The notes under the pieces: generated by a model
Seen by the model: the letters and a program-made list of their open reading frames with translations, nothing else
Told to the model about the DNA's origin: nothing
Database searches by the model: none
In this document: piece after piece, positions 52,303 to 62,569 of the stretch
Position numbering within the stretch: the first letter of the stretch is position 1
Layout: every line of letters starts with the position of its first letter
Source of the DNA: Candidatus Poribacteria bacterium
GTDB lineage: Bacteria > Poribacteria > WGA-4E > PCPOR2b
Assembly (NCBI GenBank): GCA_965116925.1
Contig: OZ220744.1
Coordinates: forward strand, 704,001-768,000
Direction: 5' to 3'
DNA: 64,000 nt
Program-made: the position numbers and the translations under genes

Positions 52303-53361
52303 ATGAAGACCTACCGAGTGGCGATTGTGGGGCTGGGGCGTATGGGCAGTACACTTGATCAATCAATTGCGTCGGCGTCCCATGTGAGTGAAAGGCTTGA
52401 AGTGGTGGCAGGAGCGGAAACGATTCCGGAACGGCGGACGGCATTCCAAGAGAAATGGGGCGTAGAAACGGTTTATGAAGACTATCAAGAGATGATTGAG
52501 AAGGAGCAGCCGGATCTGGTGGGGGTGTGTACCACGGCAACAGGTTTGCCCAAACCGGGCAATCGTGCGCCATCGACCGCTTTTCGGGACGACGCACATG
52601 CGGATATGGCGGTTTATGCAGCGAACGCCGGTGTGCCGATGCTGTTCGTGGAGAAGGCGATATCCTGTTCTGTGGAGAAGGCTGATGAAGTCCTCGAAGC
52701 CTGTCGCAAACATAGCACCGCGTTCAACACCGGTGTATTAAGGCGTTTTAGCGGGCGGTACAAGCGGATACGGGAGATGATTGCGCGAGGGGATATCGGT
52801 GAACCGCAATCGGCGGTGGTCTATGGAGCTGCCAGCCTGATGCACGTGCACATCCACTGGATGGATACCCTTTCCTACCTGCTCGGCGATCCAGAGATTG
52901 CAGCAGTACGCGGGGATCTGTTGCCCAGAAGTATCGAGGTTAAGGACAATCGGCTGGAGGAAGATCCGCAGGGACTTTTTCAGCTTGTTTTCGCCAACGG
53001 AATTGAAGCGTGGTCGGTGCCGGATGGGGGGCGAGAGTATGAGATCGTCGGGACGGAAGGCACCCTCCGATCGATGTGGGATGGTGCAGCGGTGACTTTC
53101 CGGAAGCTGAATGGCGCCGATGATTGGCCCCTACAATGGGAAGGGGAGGCATTTCCAGAGGAGACTCCGGTCAGCACGGTTGTTTCTTTGCTAGAGGACT
53201 TGGTAAACTCGCATGAATCGGGAAAGCCGTCAATTGGCAATATTGAGGTCACTCATCCAATCACAGAGGCGTGCATCACTGTAGCGGAGAGCCATCGGCA
53301 GGGTGGTCGGTGGATTGATTTACCGATGCAGAATCGGGATTTGTATGTGTTTCATGTTTAG
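52303..53361 (+). CDS. Gfo/Idh/MocA oxidoreductase
   Basis: AIVGLGRMG, VEKA, IHWMD. Confidence 0.88.
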   Translation: MKTYRVAIVGLGRMGSTLDQSIASASHVSERLEVVAGAETIPERRTAFQEKWGVETVYEDYQEMIEKEQPDLVGVCTTATGLPKPGNRAPSTAFRDDAHADMAVYAANAGVPMLFVEKAISCSVEKADEVLEACRKHSTAFNTGVLRRFSGRYKRIREMIARGDIGEPQSAVVYGAASLMHVHIHWMDTLSYLLGDPEIAAVRGDLLPRSIEVKDNRLEEDPQGLFQLVFANGIEAWSVPDGGREYEIVGTEGTLRSMWDGAAVTFRKLNGADDWPLQWEGEAFPEETPVSTVVSLLEDLVNSHESGKPSIGNIEVTHPITEACITVAESHRQGGRWIDLPMQNRDLYVFHV

Positions 53362-53362
53362 C

Positions 53363-53856
53363 TAGGGCGTGTTGACATTTTGATGCTGCTTATTCGGCAA
53401 ACGCTGTAAGCAGCAGGCAATTTGCCAAATGTAGCGCGAACTGTTAGTTTGCAAGCGGGGATCACAATCTAACAGATCGTGGTACAAAAGTAGATTGTAG
53501 GTCGAGATTCATATCTCAACAGAATACATAGCGTGGCGTGCAACAATCCGGGTTGATTGAGCCCAAACTATCGCGCGATATTCTCAGTGGTGTCGATTTT
53601 GGAAAATTGACCTACAGAAATCCGAAGCTATCTCTGATGTGTGAACAAAGGGTTGGGAGACCCAACCCCTACGAAGGGCTGTGAATAAAGGGTTGGGAGA
53701 CCCAACCCCTACGAAGGGCTGTGAATAAAGGGTTGGGAGACCCAACCCCTACGAAGGGCTGTGAACAAAGGGTTGGGAGACTCAACCCCTACGAAGGGCT
53801 ATGTGTCTGTGTGCCTTCTTGATTATCTGATTGCGATGAAATGTCAACAGAACCTA
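53363..53856. mobile_element. MITE family E full copy containing a 4 x 40-bp REP tandem (53641-53800)
   Basis: TAGGGCGTGTTGACATT / AATGTCAACAGAACCTA TIR. Confidence 0.8.
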
Positions 53857-53857
53857 A

Positions 53858-53975
53858 TAACCTTTGGTGCTAATTTAGTGAGAAAGTCGTTTCCACATAG
53901 TTCAAGCTGAAAATCCCGATTTATCGGGGAATCACGTTTCAAGCTATCAACAGCTGCAAGCTAGCACCATTGGTT
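53858..53975. mobile_element. Putative MITE family J
   Basis: TAACCTTTGGTGCTA / TAGCACCATTGGTTA TIR; lone ends near 31286 and 49728. Confidence 0.55.
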
Positions 53976-54007
53976 AATATGGATGAACCTCTCGATGCTG
54001 AGGAACG

Positions 54008-55666
54008 ATGAATCGGAGCGACAACATGGCTTACCGTGACATACTAGAACAAATTCGACTTGCTTTCCCCCAACCGGTATCCGACGCAATCCATGATTCG
54101 TACTTCGTGCATTCGATTATGCGCGCCTTGGATCAGGTTGATGACTTGAAAACACATCTGCCGATGCTTGGTGAGATTGTCGCTGGTGACTTCGAGAAGG
54201 CTAGGCAAACGACGTTACCGGATACGATGACTTCGATTGAGGATGTTACGGCTGACCTTGTGAGTTACCTCCGAGGGATGACCCTGTTTGGGCATCCCCG
54301 GACGCAACAGAACGTTATTCCGCCGCCGACAATTCCAAGTGTGATAGGGGTACTCCTTGCGTCTCTGTATAATCCAAATCTGGTTTGGGATGAATACAGT
54401 CGCTTGGTGGCGTTGGCTGAAGTTGAAGCGGTCGCCATGGCGTCGCAATTGATTGGATACGATCCGGAACAGGCGAGCGGTGTGTTTACTTTTGGGGGCA
54501 CCGCAACGACGCTCTACGGTGTGAAGTTGGGTCTTGAAAAGGCTTGTCCGGGAACGATGCAGAACGGTACACCTGAAGACGCTGTCGTGTTTGTATCAGA
54601 TGCGGGTCACTACTGTGCTGCTAACATTGTCGGTTGGCTCGGAATAGGAACGAACAACCTGATTACGATTCCGACGACAGTCGAGAACGAAATGGATCTC
54701 GTGCAACTTGAGGAAGAAGCACGGACAGCATTAGAGAATGGAAAAAAGATTGCCGCCATCATTGCGACGTTGGGCACTACCGACGCGTTCGGTTTGGACG
54801 ATTTAGTACACATTGTGGCGTTACGAGACACGCTCGTTGATGACTTCCAACTTGACTATCAGCCACACATTCACACGGATGCAGCTATTGGGTGGGCTTG
54901 GTCTGTTTTCAACGACTACGATTTTGAGAATAACCCTCTCGGTTTTCGCCCGCGTACCGTCCGTGCCTTGGCAGGTGCCTCCCGGCGCATACGGCATTTA
55001 TCCCTAGCAGATTCGGTTGGCATTGACTTTCACAAAACCGGTTTTACACCTTATATCTCCAGCCTCGTCCTCTTTAAGAACCGAGCGGACTTGGAACTGG
55101 TGAAACGTCAACCGGAGCAGATGCCGTATCTCTACCAATTTGGGGAACATCGCCCTGGAATGTATACGCTTGAAACCTCTAGAGCCGGGACAGGTCCCCT
55201 TGCTGCACTCGCCAATTTTCGATTGTTCGGTGAGCAGGGGTTACGAGTCATCCTCGGACACATCGTTGAAATGACACAACTCCTGCGGGAACATCTGGAA
55301 GGGCACGAAGGTACAACCGTGCTGAACCGAGAAAATTTTGGAACTGTCACACTCTTCCGCGCCTATCCCGTCGGTGTGGATACCTTCTCAATCAAGGGGC
55401 ATGAATTTGAGGATGCCGCCTATCGCGATAGTTTGCTCGCACATAACGACTACAACCGAGAGATCTCTCAATACGTACATTCGGAGGCGATGGAGGGCAG
55501 AGGGGTTGTGATTTCTATTACAGACTGCTATCGTCGAACCCAATACGGCGAGCCGATTGTAGCCTTAAAATCTTTCATCTTATCCCCGTTTGTTGATGAA
55601 GCCGATGTCGAAATGGTCGTTTCAAAGGTCTTGGAGGCTAGGGGAAAGGTGAGTGGTTCGTGTTAA
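54008..55666 (+). CDS. Group II PLP-dependent amino acid decarboxylase
   Basis: FTFGGT, GHY, GTTD, HTDAA, DFHK (PLP lysine). Confidence 0.9.
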   Translation: MNRSDNMAYRDILEQIRLAFPQPVSDAIHDSYFVHSIMRALDQVDDLKTHLPMLGEIVAGDFEKARQTTLPDTMTSIEDVTADLVSYLRGMTLFGHPRTQQNVIPPPTIPSVIGVLLASLYNPNLVWDEYSRLVALAEVEAVAMASQLIGYDPEQASGVFTFGGTATTLYGVKLGLEKACPGTMQNGTPEDAVVFVSDAGHYCAANIVGWLGIGTNNLITIPTTVENEMDLVQLEEEARTALENGKKIAAIIATLGTTDAFGLDDLVHIVALRDTLVDDFQLDYQPHIHTDAAIGWAWSVFNDYDFENNPLGFRPRTVRALAGASRRIRHLSLADSVGIDFHKTGFTPYISSLVLFKNRADLELVKRQPEQMPYLYQFGEHRPGMYTLETSRAGTGPLAALANFRLFGEQGLRVILGHIVEMTQLLREHLEGHEGTTVLNRENFGTVTLFRAYPVGVDTFSIKGHEFEDAAYRDSLLAHNDYNREISQYVHSEAMEGRGVVISITDCYRRTQYGEPIVALKSFILSPFVDEADVEMVVSKVLEARGKVSGSC

Positions 55667-55686
55667 AAGAAAAGGAGGGACATCCC

Positions 55687-56928
55687 ATGGGTGAGCGTTT
55701 GGCTATTAATGGTGGAACCCCGGTGCGTACGCAGCCGTTTGGACCGTCTCACGATTTTGGTGATGAAGATATCGCAGCACTCGCCGAAGTTATTCGTTCA
55801 GGCAACATCGGTAAGGGACCGCAGGTTGCCCAATTTGAGCGTGAGTTTGCTGCCAAACATGGCGTCAAACATGCCATCTCAGTCACTTCCGGTACGGCGG
55901 CGATGCACGTCTGCATTGGAGCGATCAATCCCGACCCCGGCGACGAGATTATCGTTTCGCCTTGGACCGCTGGCGGCAGCTTCATCGGTGCGCTGTTGCA
56001 CAACTGTGTTCCCGTATTCGCCGATATTGACGACACTTTTACCCTTGACCCGAAGGCCGTCGAGGCGAAGATCACGCCACGGACGCGGGCGATTATCGCG
56101 GTGCATCTGTTTGGCAACCCTTGCAACATGGATGCACTGCGGGAGATTGCACAACGGCACCAGCTTTTCTTGATTGAGGACTGTTGTCAGGCTCATTTTG
56201 CGGAATATCAAGGCAAGACCGTCGGCACGCTTGGCGATATCAACGGCTTTAGCTTTGGCGGAAAACACCTTTCGGCGGGCATGGGTGGTATGGTCTTGAC
56301 CAATGATGAGGGACTCTGGGAACGCGGTGTTCTCTTTGCTGATGCCGCGCTGCCTCGCGCCAACGGACCGTATGAAGGGCTGCCTTACGCGAACTATTTC
56401 CTAGCACCGAACTATAAGATTAACGACCTGATTGCGGCGGTGTTGCTCACACAACTCAAGAAGGTTGATGGCTATATTGCGAATAAGATCCGTGCTGCCC
56501 AGCAGATTATTGAGGGACTTGCTGACATTGAGGAGATTACGCCTCAGCAGGTTCGACCGGGTGACCGCCACACCTACTGGGTCCTGGGTTTTACGATTGA
56601 TACCAATCAACTCAACTGCTCCGCCGGGGAGTTCGCCGAAGCGGTAAGCAGAGAGGGAGTCCCGCTGTCGGGACCGTACATCGGATCCGGGAAGGAGGGT
56701 CCTCTTTACCGCAACCCGTTTCTCGCTGAACCGGACTGCTACGGTCGCACCCGCTTCCCATTCGACTATGAACGGGAAAAGCCGATTGACTACCGGCTTG
56801 CCGAATGTTCGTATGGCGAAGCCTTGATGTGCCGAGGTGTCAATCTCAGTATGCTCCCGAGCTTTACCGATGGGGACATTGCGGACATCGTCCGAGCAAT
56901 TCGCAAAGTAGCCCTCCATTATCGCTAG
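55687..56928 (+). CDS. DegT/DnrJ/EryC1/StrS aminotransferase
   Basis: LAINGGTP, SGTAA, VHLFG, IEDCCQAH, FSFGGK. Confidence 0.92.
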   Translation: MGERLAINGGTPVRTQPFGPSHDFGDEDIAALAEVIRSGNIGKGPQVAQFEREFAAKHGVKHAISVTSGTAAMHVCIGAINPDPGDEIIVSPWTAGGSFIGALLHNCVPVFADIDDTFTLDPKAVEAKITPRTRAIIAVHLFGNPCNMDALREIAQRHQLFLIEDCCQAHFAEYQGKTVGTLGDINGFSFGGKHLSAGMGGMVLTNDEGLWERGVLFADAALPRANGPYEGLPYANYFLAPNYKINDLIAAVLLTQLKKVDGYIANKIRAAQQIIEGLADIEEITPQQVRPGDRHTYWVLGFTIDTNQLNCSAGEFAEAVSREGVPLSGPYIGSGKEGPLYRNPFLAEPDCYGRTRFPFDYEREKPIDYRLAECSYGEALMCRGVNLSMLPSFTDGDIADIVRAIRKVALHYR

Positions 56929-58073
56929 AACAAGCCCTCCGGCTCCAGACCTAAGAAAAACTGACCCGCTGTCTCATAGTGCGCCATCCGTCCCTGAATC
57001 TGCTGCGTGATAACATGTGCGTCTTGAAACCGGCGTTGAATCGGCTTATGCTCGAAAATGGAGTCAGAACCGCACACCTCATAGACAATATCAACTGCTG
57101 CCGCCGCCATGCGGATGGCGTGAGTTGCAGCCAGTCGTAATCGGATGCGTTCCTCAACCGTCAGGGCGTGAACCTTGCGGGCACTCTCCCACGCTGCGGT
57201 TGCGGCTTCAAGCAGAAATGCGCGCGCCGATCCCCAGATAGCCTCGGCTCTGCCGATTTCGCGTTGGACGATGGGTTTATCTCGCAATAGATTTTGATCA
57301 AAACGCGGACGCTTCCCGCCCGCCAACTCAACCGCGGCATCCAGCGCGGAACGGGCAACGCCGAGTGCCGTGCATGCAAACCCGGAAGCGAACAGCAGCA
57401 GCATCGGCATCACATACAGTGGTCCCTCCTCACGCGGAGAATCTGCCATATTGAAGGTGCGCTCGCTAGGGACGAAGACATCCTCGACCTCAAAGCTGAA
57501 AGTTCCAGTTCCCCGAAGTCCATTGACCTGCCAGACATCTACGAGAGTCACCTGTTCTTTCGGCATGATTAGCATCCGATCCTCCCTCTTGTCGGTCGAA
57601 GGATTTTTGACGGGAGCGGCTGCTGCCATCCAAGTCGCATGGCGGCAGCCGCTGCTAAAATTCCACCGGCCTGTGAGATGGTATCCCCCATTGACTGGAA
57701 CAGCAGAGGCGTTTGTTGGGGGACCGTTTGCGACCACCGCTCGCGGGGCATCCCAAATCTCTCGCGCTAACGGCTTAGGCATTTTTGCAGAGATGGTCGC
57801 AAACACATTATTTTGGTTGATGCACCAAGCGGTGCTACCGTCAACTTCAGCGAAGGTCTGAACGATGGAAAGATGCTCTAGATAGTCGATCTCTCCACCG
57901 CCAAGTGAGCGAGGTACGAGCAGGCGGAAGAAGCCCTTGTCCGCAAGTTCTGCAAAAAGTGCATCGGGTAGCTCCCGTTCGCGATCGATCTCGTCGGTGA
58001 GTGCTGCAACACGGGGCACGAGTTCACGTGCTGCGGTAAGATAGGAGGTGGGATTGTTTTGAGCGGATGCCAT
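56925..58073 (-). CDS. Acyl-CoA dehydrogenase-fold flavin-dependent hydroxylase (HsaA-like oxygenase component)
   Basis: VPRSLGGGE, DGSTAW, GRWNFSSGC, WQVNGLRGTG, RRFQDAH. Confidence 0.88.
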   Translation of the reverse strand: MASAQNNPTSYLTAARELVPRVAALTDEIDRERELPDALFAELADKGFFRLLVPRSLGGGEIDYLEHLSIVQTFAEVDGSTAWCINQNNVFATISAKMPKPLAREIWDAPRAVVANGPPTNASAVPVNGGYHLTGRWNFSSGCRHATWMAAAAPVKNPSTDKREDRMLIMPKEQVTLVDVWQVNGLRGTGTFSFEVEDVFVPSERTFNMADSPREEGPLYVMPMLLLFASGFACTALGVARSALDAAVELAGGKRPRFDQNLLRDKPIVQREIGRAEAIWGSARAFLLEAATAAWESARKVHALTVEERIRLRLAATHAIRMAAAAVDIVYEVCGSDSIFEHKPIQRRFQDAHVITQQIQGRMAHYETAGQFFLGLEPEGLF

Positions 58074-58169
58074 TTTTTACCTTCACTTTCCGATTAGGGT
58101 TTTTACGGTCGATCTCAGGTCAGATTGTGCGCTATAGTATCACAGATTGGCGTAATGCTTCAACCCTTC

Positions 58170-58198
58170 TTGACAACAGACTTGCATGATGCTACACT
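58170..58198 (+). promoter_or_regulatory. Sigma70-type promoter
   Basis: TTGACA-17 bp-TACACT. Confidence 0.6.
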
Positions 58199-58248
58199 CA
58201 TTCGGCAATGGGGATTATCGTGAATGTAGTAGAACACCAAAAATTGGT

Positions 58249-58384
58249 GGCTCATGTTAAGAAATCGTGCAACAGAAGCCGAATTTTCGTAGGGGTTGGG
58301 TCACCCAACCCCGATAAATCGGGGCGGGGCAACCCCGCCCCTACGATTTCGCTTCATATTTTGCACTTTCTTTTTATATGAGCG
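58249..58384. mobile_element. MITE family D copy 3 (inverted) with paired REPs
   Basis: GGCTCATG...TATGAGCG; flanks AAATTGGT / GAATTGGT. Confidence 0.8.
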
Positions 58385-58408
58385 GAATTGGTTTGAGGAC
58401 AATGGAGT

Positions 58409-58511
58409 CAGGACTTACGCAAATTTAGCACACAAGGGGTAGATTTTTGATTTTTAACCCCCTAAATCCCCCTTATCAGGGGGACTTACTGAACGTGCTG
58501 CGTGAGTCCTA
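58409..58511. mobile_element. MITE family C
   Basis: CAGGACTTACGCA / TGCGTGAGTCCTA; 5-bp TSD GGAGT. Confidence 0.8.
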
Positions 58512-58522
58512 GGAGTGCTTAA

Positions 58523-60460
58523 TTGCAAGAGACCTCTGAACGCAGAAAATATGAGGGCGCGACAGCGCGCGCAATACAGATTGGTCTGTTTTTAGTCGCC
58601 GCCAACGTCTATTGGGTGACACTTGTGGAGATGAAGTACCGTGCGGAGGCGACCGCCCTGCCGATATTCATCTATCCCATCTTTATTCTGTTCTGCCTTG
58701 TCGTTTTCAACAACTGCCTGTCAAAGGTGTGGCAGCGGATCCGTTTATCGCCTGGGGAGCTGCTTACCATCTATTCGATGCTTGTGATTTCGACTTCGAT
58801 TGCGTCGTATGGAATGTTGCAGGACCTGTTCGCCTTCTTCCTTCATCCGTACCAATTCGCCTCGCCCGAAAATGAGTGGAAGGAACTCTTTTTTCATTAT
58901 ATCCCGCCTTGGTTCACCGCCAACGCGCCTCATGACATACTCGCTGAGTACTACGAAGGCGATTCAACGCTTTACAAAGCAAAGCACCTTAACGCTTGGA
59001 TGAGACCCATATTGGTCTGGACAGTCTTCACGTTGGTGTTGCTATATATGCTTCACTGCATGAACACTCTCGTGCGTCGGCAGTGGGTGCAGACGGAACG
59101 ACTGGCGTTTCCGATCATCCAGCTGCCGGTAGCGATGGTGCAATCATCAAGCTTCCTTCGGAACGGTTTTCTATGGGTCGGTTTCGCTATCCCTGCTGTT
59201 CTTGATCTCATGAACGGGTTGCATGTTCTTTATCCCTCCGTGCCATATCTCCATCTCAAGTTGACCTCTATCAGCCAATATTTCTCCGAGAAACCGTGGA
59301 GTGCGGTAGCAGGTACGCGGCTCTCCTTTTATCCGTTCATGATCGGGCTCGGATTTTTCCTGCCGCTTGACCTCTCCTTTACCTGTTGGTTTTTCTATGT
59401 GCTGCGCCGGCTAATCAGTGTGGTGGTCACCTATTTGGGACTTACGCATCTCCCCGGTTTTCCATACTTTCATGAACAAGCTGGCGGTGGTTGGTTCTGC
59501 CTATTCTTTATTGCGGTATGGGCAACACGGAGGCATTTGGCTTTTGTATTTCGGACTGCGTTTTCTGTGACTTCATCGGTTGATGCGGATGAGCCGATGC
59601 GGTATCGAACGGCACTGATCGGGTTGGTGGGCGGATTTCTGTTCATGGCTATCTTCTCCGCTCAAGCTGGTATGTCAATGATTGCTATCCCCATCTTCTT
59701 TGCCCTCTATTTTGCCATCGCCATTGTTATCACCCGTTTACGGGCAGAATTTGGGGCACCTCACAGGATATCCAATAATCCGATGGACGTGATGGTGACC
59801 TGTTTCGGAACGCTGGCTTGGGGTGGGCGCAACCTGACTGTGATGAGTTTCTATCAGTGGTTTAACCGGAGCTATCGTTCACACGCAAATCCGAATCAGT
59901 TTGAACCGCTCAAGATGGCAGAGGTCGCTAATATCAACAGCCGCCGATTGGTTTGGGCGATGATGCTTGGATCTGCTGTCGCTCTTATTGTGGGGATGTG
60001 GACAAACCTGGACATGATGTATCGTGACGGGGCAATTGCACGGGTGTTGTTCTTCAAGATCTGGGTTGCCAATACAGCATTCCGACGTTTGGAAACATGG
60101 CTGTATCATCCGATGCCCGTCGATTCGCTGCGCATGGCGTTTATGGGAGGTGGGATGGTGCTGACCTTGATTTTGTTTGTCTTGCGAATGCGTTTCTTTT
60201 GGTGGCCTCTTCATCCTGCTGGTTATCCACTCGCCCTCAGTTCCTCAATCGATTACTTCTGGTTTACTTTTTTCATTAGCTGGGGGTTAAAAGCGGTTAT
60301 CCTGAAGTATGGCAAAGTTAGGGGGTATCAACGCGCCATTCCGTTCTTCTTCGGCTTGATTTTGGGGGATTTCATCACAGGTGGGCTCTGGATGGTGTAC
60401 GGTGTTTTGACCCAGCAGCAGGTCTATATGATCTACTTGAATGGGGGGACGTGGTATTGA
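58523..60460 (+). CDS. Polytopic membrane protein (DUF6785/DUF6784-like, putative transporter)
   Basis: Many TM segments; QW...ERLAFPI, RLRAEFG, WWPLHPAGY motifs. Confidence 0.7.
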   Translation: MQETSERRKYEGATARAIQIGLFLVAANVYWVTLVEMKYRAEATALPIFIYPIFILFCLVVFNNCLSKVWQRIRLSPGELLTIYSMLVISTSIASYGMLQDLFAFFLHPYQFASPENEWKELFFHYIPPWFTANAPHDILAEYYEGDSTLYKAKHLNAWMRPILVWTVFTLVLLYMLHCMNTLVRRQWVQTERLAFPIIQLPVAMVQSSSFLRNGFLWVGFAIPAVLDLMNGLHVLYPSVPYLHLKLTSISQYFSEKPWSAVAGTRLSFYPFMIGLGFFLPLDLSFTCWFFYVLRRLISVVVTYLGLTHLPGFPYFHEQAGGGWFCLFFIAVWATRRHLAFVFRTAFSVTSSVDADEPMRYRTALIGLVGGFLFMAIFSAQAGMSMIAIPIFFALYFAIAIVITRLRAEFGAPHRISNNPMDVMVTCFGTLAWGGRNLTVMSFYQWFNRSYRSHANPNQFEPLKMAEVANINSRRLVWAMMLGSAVALIVGMWTNLDMMYRDGAIARVLFFKIWVANTAFRRLETWLYHPMPVDSLRMAFMGGGMVLTLILFVLRMRFFWWPLHPAGYPLALSSSIDYFWFTFFISWGLKAVILKYGKVRGYQRAIPFFFGLILGDFITGGLWMVYGVLTQQQVYMIYLNGGTWY

Positions 60461-60629
60461 AAAAATGCGAGCTGTCACCTCCCATCCGAATCTGGTTTTA
60501 TGGAACGTGAAACGTGAAAATTATTTGTTCATTAGTTCATTGAACTGTGCCCCGTAGACATATTGTCCGGTTAGGGTTCTGGGGGATAGCTTGAGTTAAA
60601 CTATATCGACTGTGTTAAACATTATGCAA

Positions 60630-60814
60630 TAGGACTTACGCAGTTGCACGCTCCCCCGCCCTGTTTGGAGAGTCTTAGACTTGCGGTTGGGCGATTTATC
60701 GTTACAGGACACCGTTGCCAACGCCCGATAAATTGGGCAACTCCAGCAGAGACACCCTCAAGGAGTTCGTAGGGAACGCAGATCTGCGTTCCCTACGGAA
60801 GTGCGTAACTCCTA
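60630..60814. mobile_element. MITE family C with different cargo
   Basis: TAGGACTTACGCA / TGCGTAACTCCTA; 6-bp duplication ATGCAA. Confidence 0.75.
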
Positions 60815-61126
60815 ATGCAATAGAAACCGAGTTTTTGGCTGAAGATTAAAAAAACAGTTCGGTAATTTGTTATCGACACCAGCGCGGTTGAAAACCGCGC
60901 CTACCGGGTTGGAGTGAATACGGTGCGGTTGGATGAAAATAAAAAAAACAGTTCGGTAATTTGCTAGCGACGCCGGCGCGGTTTTCAACCGCGCCTACCG
61001 TATGTTTCGAGGAAAATAGGGATTACCGATTTAAATACTTAAACTTCATGCAAAAACTTGGTTATCTTCGTCCCTTGTAATTTCTTTTTACATGAACCCA
61101 CAATTATAAAAAAAGAAGGTGTTTTT

Positions 61127-62569
61127 ATGGTATCACACATCTCGAACAGTCGACCTGATCCGGATCCGATACTTGTTGACATCGCTGCGTATGTCGCACA
61201 GGAGGTTATTGACAGCGACCTCGCTTATGAAACGGCCCGGTACTGCTTGATGGATTCGCTCGGCTGTGCGTTGTTGGCGTTGCGCTATCCCGAATGTACG
61301 AAACATTTGGGACCAACGGTTCCCGGTACATATATCCCACACGGTGCCCGCGTTCCGGGGACACAATTTGAATTAGATCCGGTACAGGCAGCCTACAATA
61401 TTGGCTGTCTGATTCGCTGGCTGGACTATAACGACACATGGCTTGCGGCAGAGTGGGGGCATCCGTCCGATAATCTAGGTGGTTTCCTTGCGGTCGCAGA
61501 TCACTTGAGTCGCCGGAATCTAGCAGATGGACATTCGCCGCTTTTGATGCGAGATCTCCTCACGGCGATGATCAAAGCGCACGAAATTCAGGGTGTCCTC
61601 GCACTGGAAAACAGTTTGAACCGCGTTGGCTTGGATCATGTACACTTTGTGAAAGTTGCATCAACTGCGGTGATAACGGGGCTGCTGGGTGGTGGAGAGG
61701 CGGAGATTATCGATGCCGTTTCCAATGCCTTCGCTGACGGGGGCAGCTTACGGGTTTATCGACAGGCACCAAACACTGGTTCACGTAAATCGTGGGCGGC
61801 GGGCGATGCGACTAGTCGTGCGGTGTGGCTGGCGTTGATGGCGATGAAGGGGGAAATGGGGTATCCGTCCGTACTGTCTGCCGAGGGGTGGGGTTTTTAT
61901 GATGTACAATTCAACGGGAAACCGTTCGTCTGCCAGCAGCCCTATGGCACTTACGTGATGGAGAATATTCTGTTCAAGATTGCGTTCCCGGCAGAATTTC
62001 ACGCCCAGACAGCGGTGGAATGTGCTTTCCAACTGCATGAGAGCGTGAAAGATCGTTTGGATGAGATCAATGAGATTACGATCACAACGCATGAGTCCGC
62101 GATTCGCATCATTTCAAAAACGGGACTGCTGCATAACCCTGCTGATCGCGATCATTGTCTTCAATACATGGCAGCGATTGGACTGATCTACGGCAGACTT
62201 ACCGCTGATCACTATGAAGATGAAGTGGCGGCGGATCCGCGCATTGACCTCTTGCGCGAAAAGATGACCGTCGTAGAAAATCCGCAGTATAGCAAAGACT
62301 ATCTCGACCCGGACAAACGCTCAATTGCCAATGCGCTCCAGATTCGTTTCAAGGATGGTTCAACCACTGAAAAGGTTGAGGTCGAATATCCGATTGGGCA
62401 TCGTCGTCGCCGCGCGGAAGGGATTCCGTTGCTAGAGGAAAAGTTTGTCAATAACCTAGCGACCCGTTTTCCGGTGAAACAGGTGGAGGCAATTATGGAG
62501 CTGTGCTTGAACAGGGAGCAACTGGAAGTTACGCCGGTGAATGAATTCATGGGGATGTTTGTTATCTAA
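61127..62569 (+). CDS. prpD: 2-methylcitrate dehydratase
   Basis: [48 protein letters not shown]. Confidence 0.96.
   Translation: MVSHISNSRPDPDPILVDIAAYVAQEVIDSDLAYETARYCLMDSLGCALLALRYPECTKHLGPTVPGTYIPHGARVPGTQFELDPVQAAYNIGCLIRWLDYNDTWLAAEWGHPSDNLGGFLAVADHLSRRNLADGHSPLLMRDLLTAMIKAHEIQGVLALENSLNRVGLDHVHFVKVASTAVITGLLGGGEAEIIDAVSNAFADGGSLRVYRQAPNTGSRKSWAAGDATSRAVWLALMAMKGEMGYPSVLSAEGWGFYDVQFNGKPFVCQQPYGTYVMENILFKIAFPAEFHAQTAVECAFQLHESVKDRLDEINEITITTHESAIRIISKTGLLHNPADRDHCLQYMAAIGLIYGRLTADHYEDEVAADPRIDLLREKMTVVENPQYSKDYLDPDKRSIANALQIRFKDGSTTEKVEVEYPIGHRRRRAEGIPLLEEKFVNNLATRFPVKQVEAIMELCLNREQLEVTPVNEFMGMFVI

Noticed and set aside
53641..53800. CRISPR array
   Set aside because: The 40-bp units are nearly identical throughout, with no unique spacers and no cas genes.
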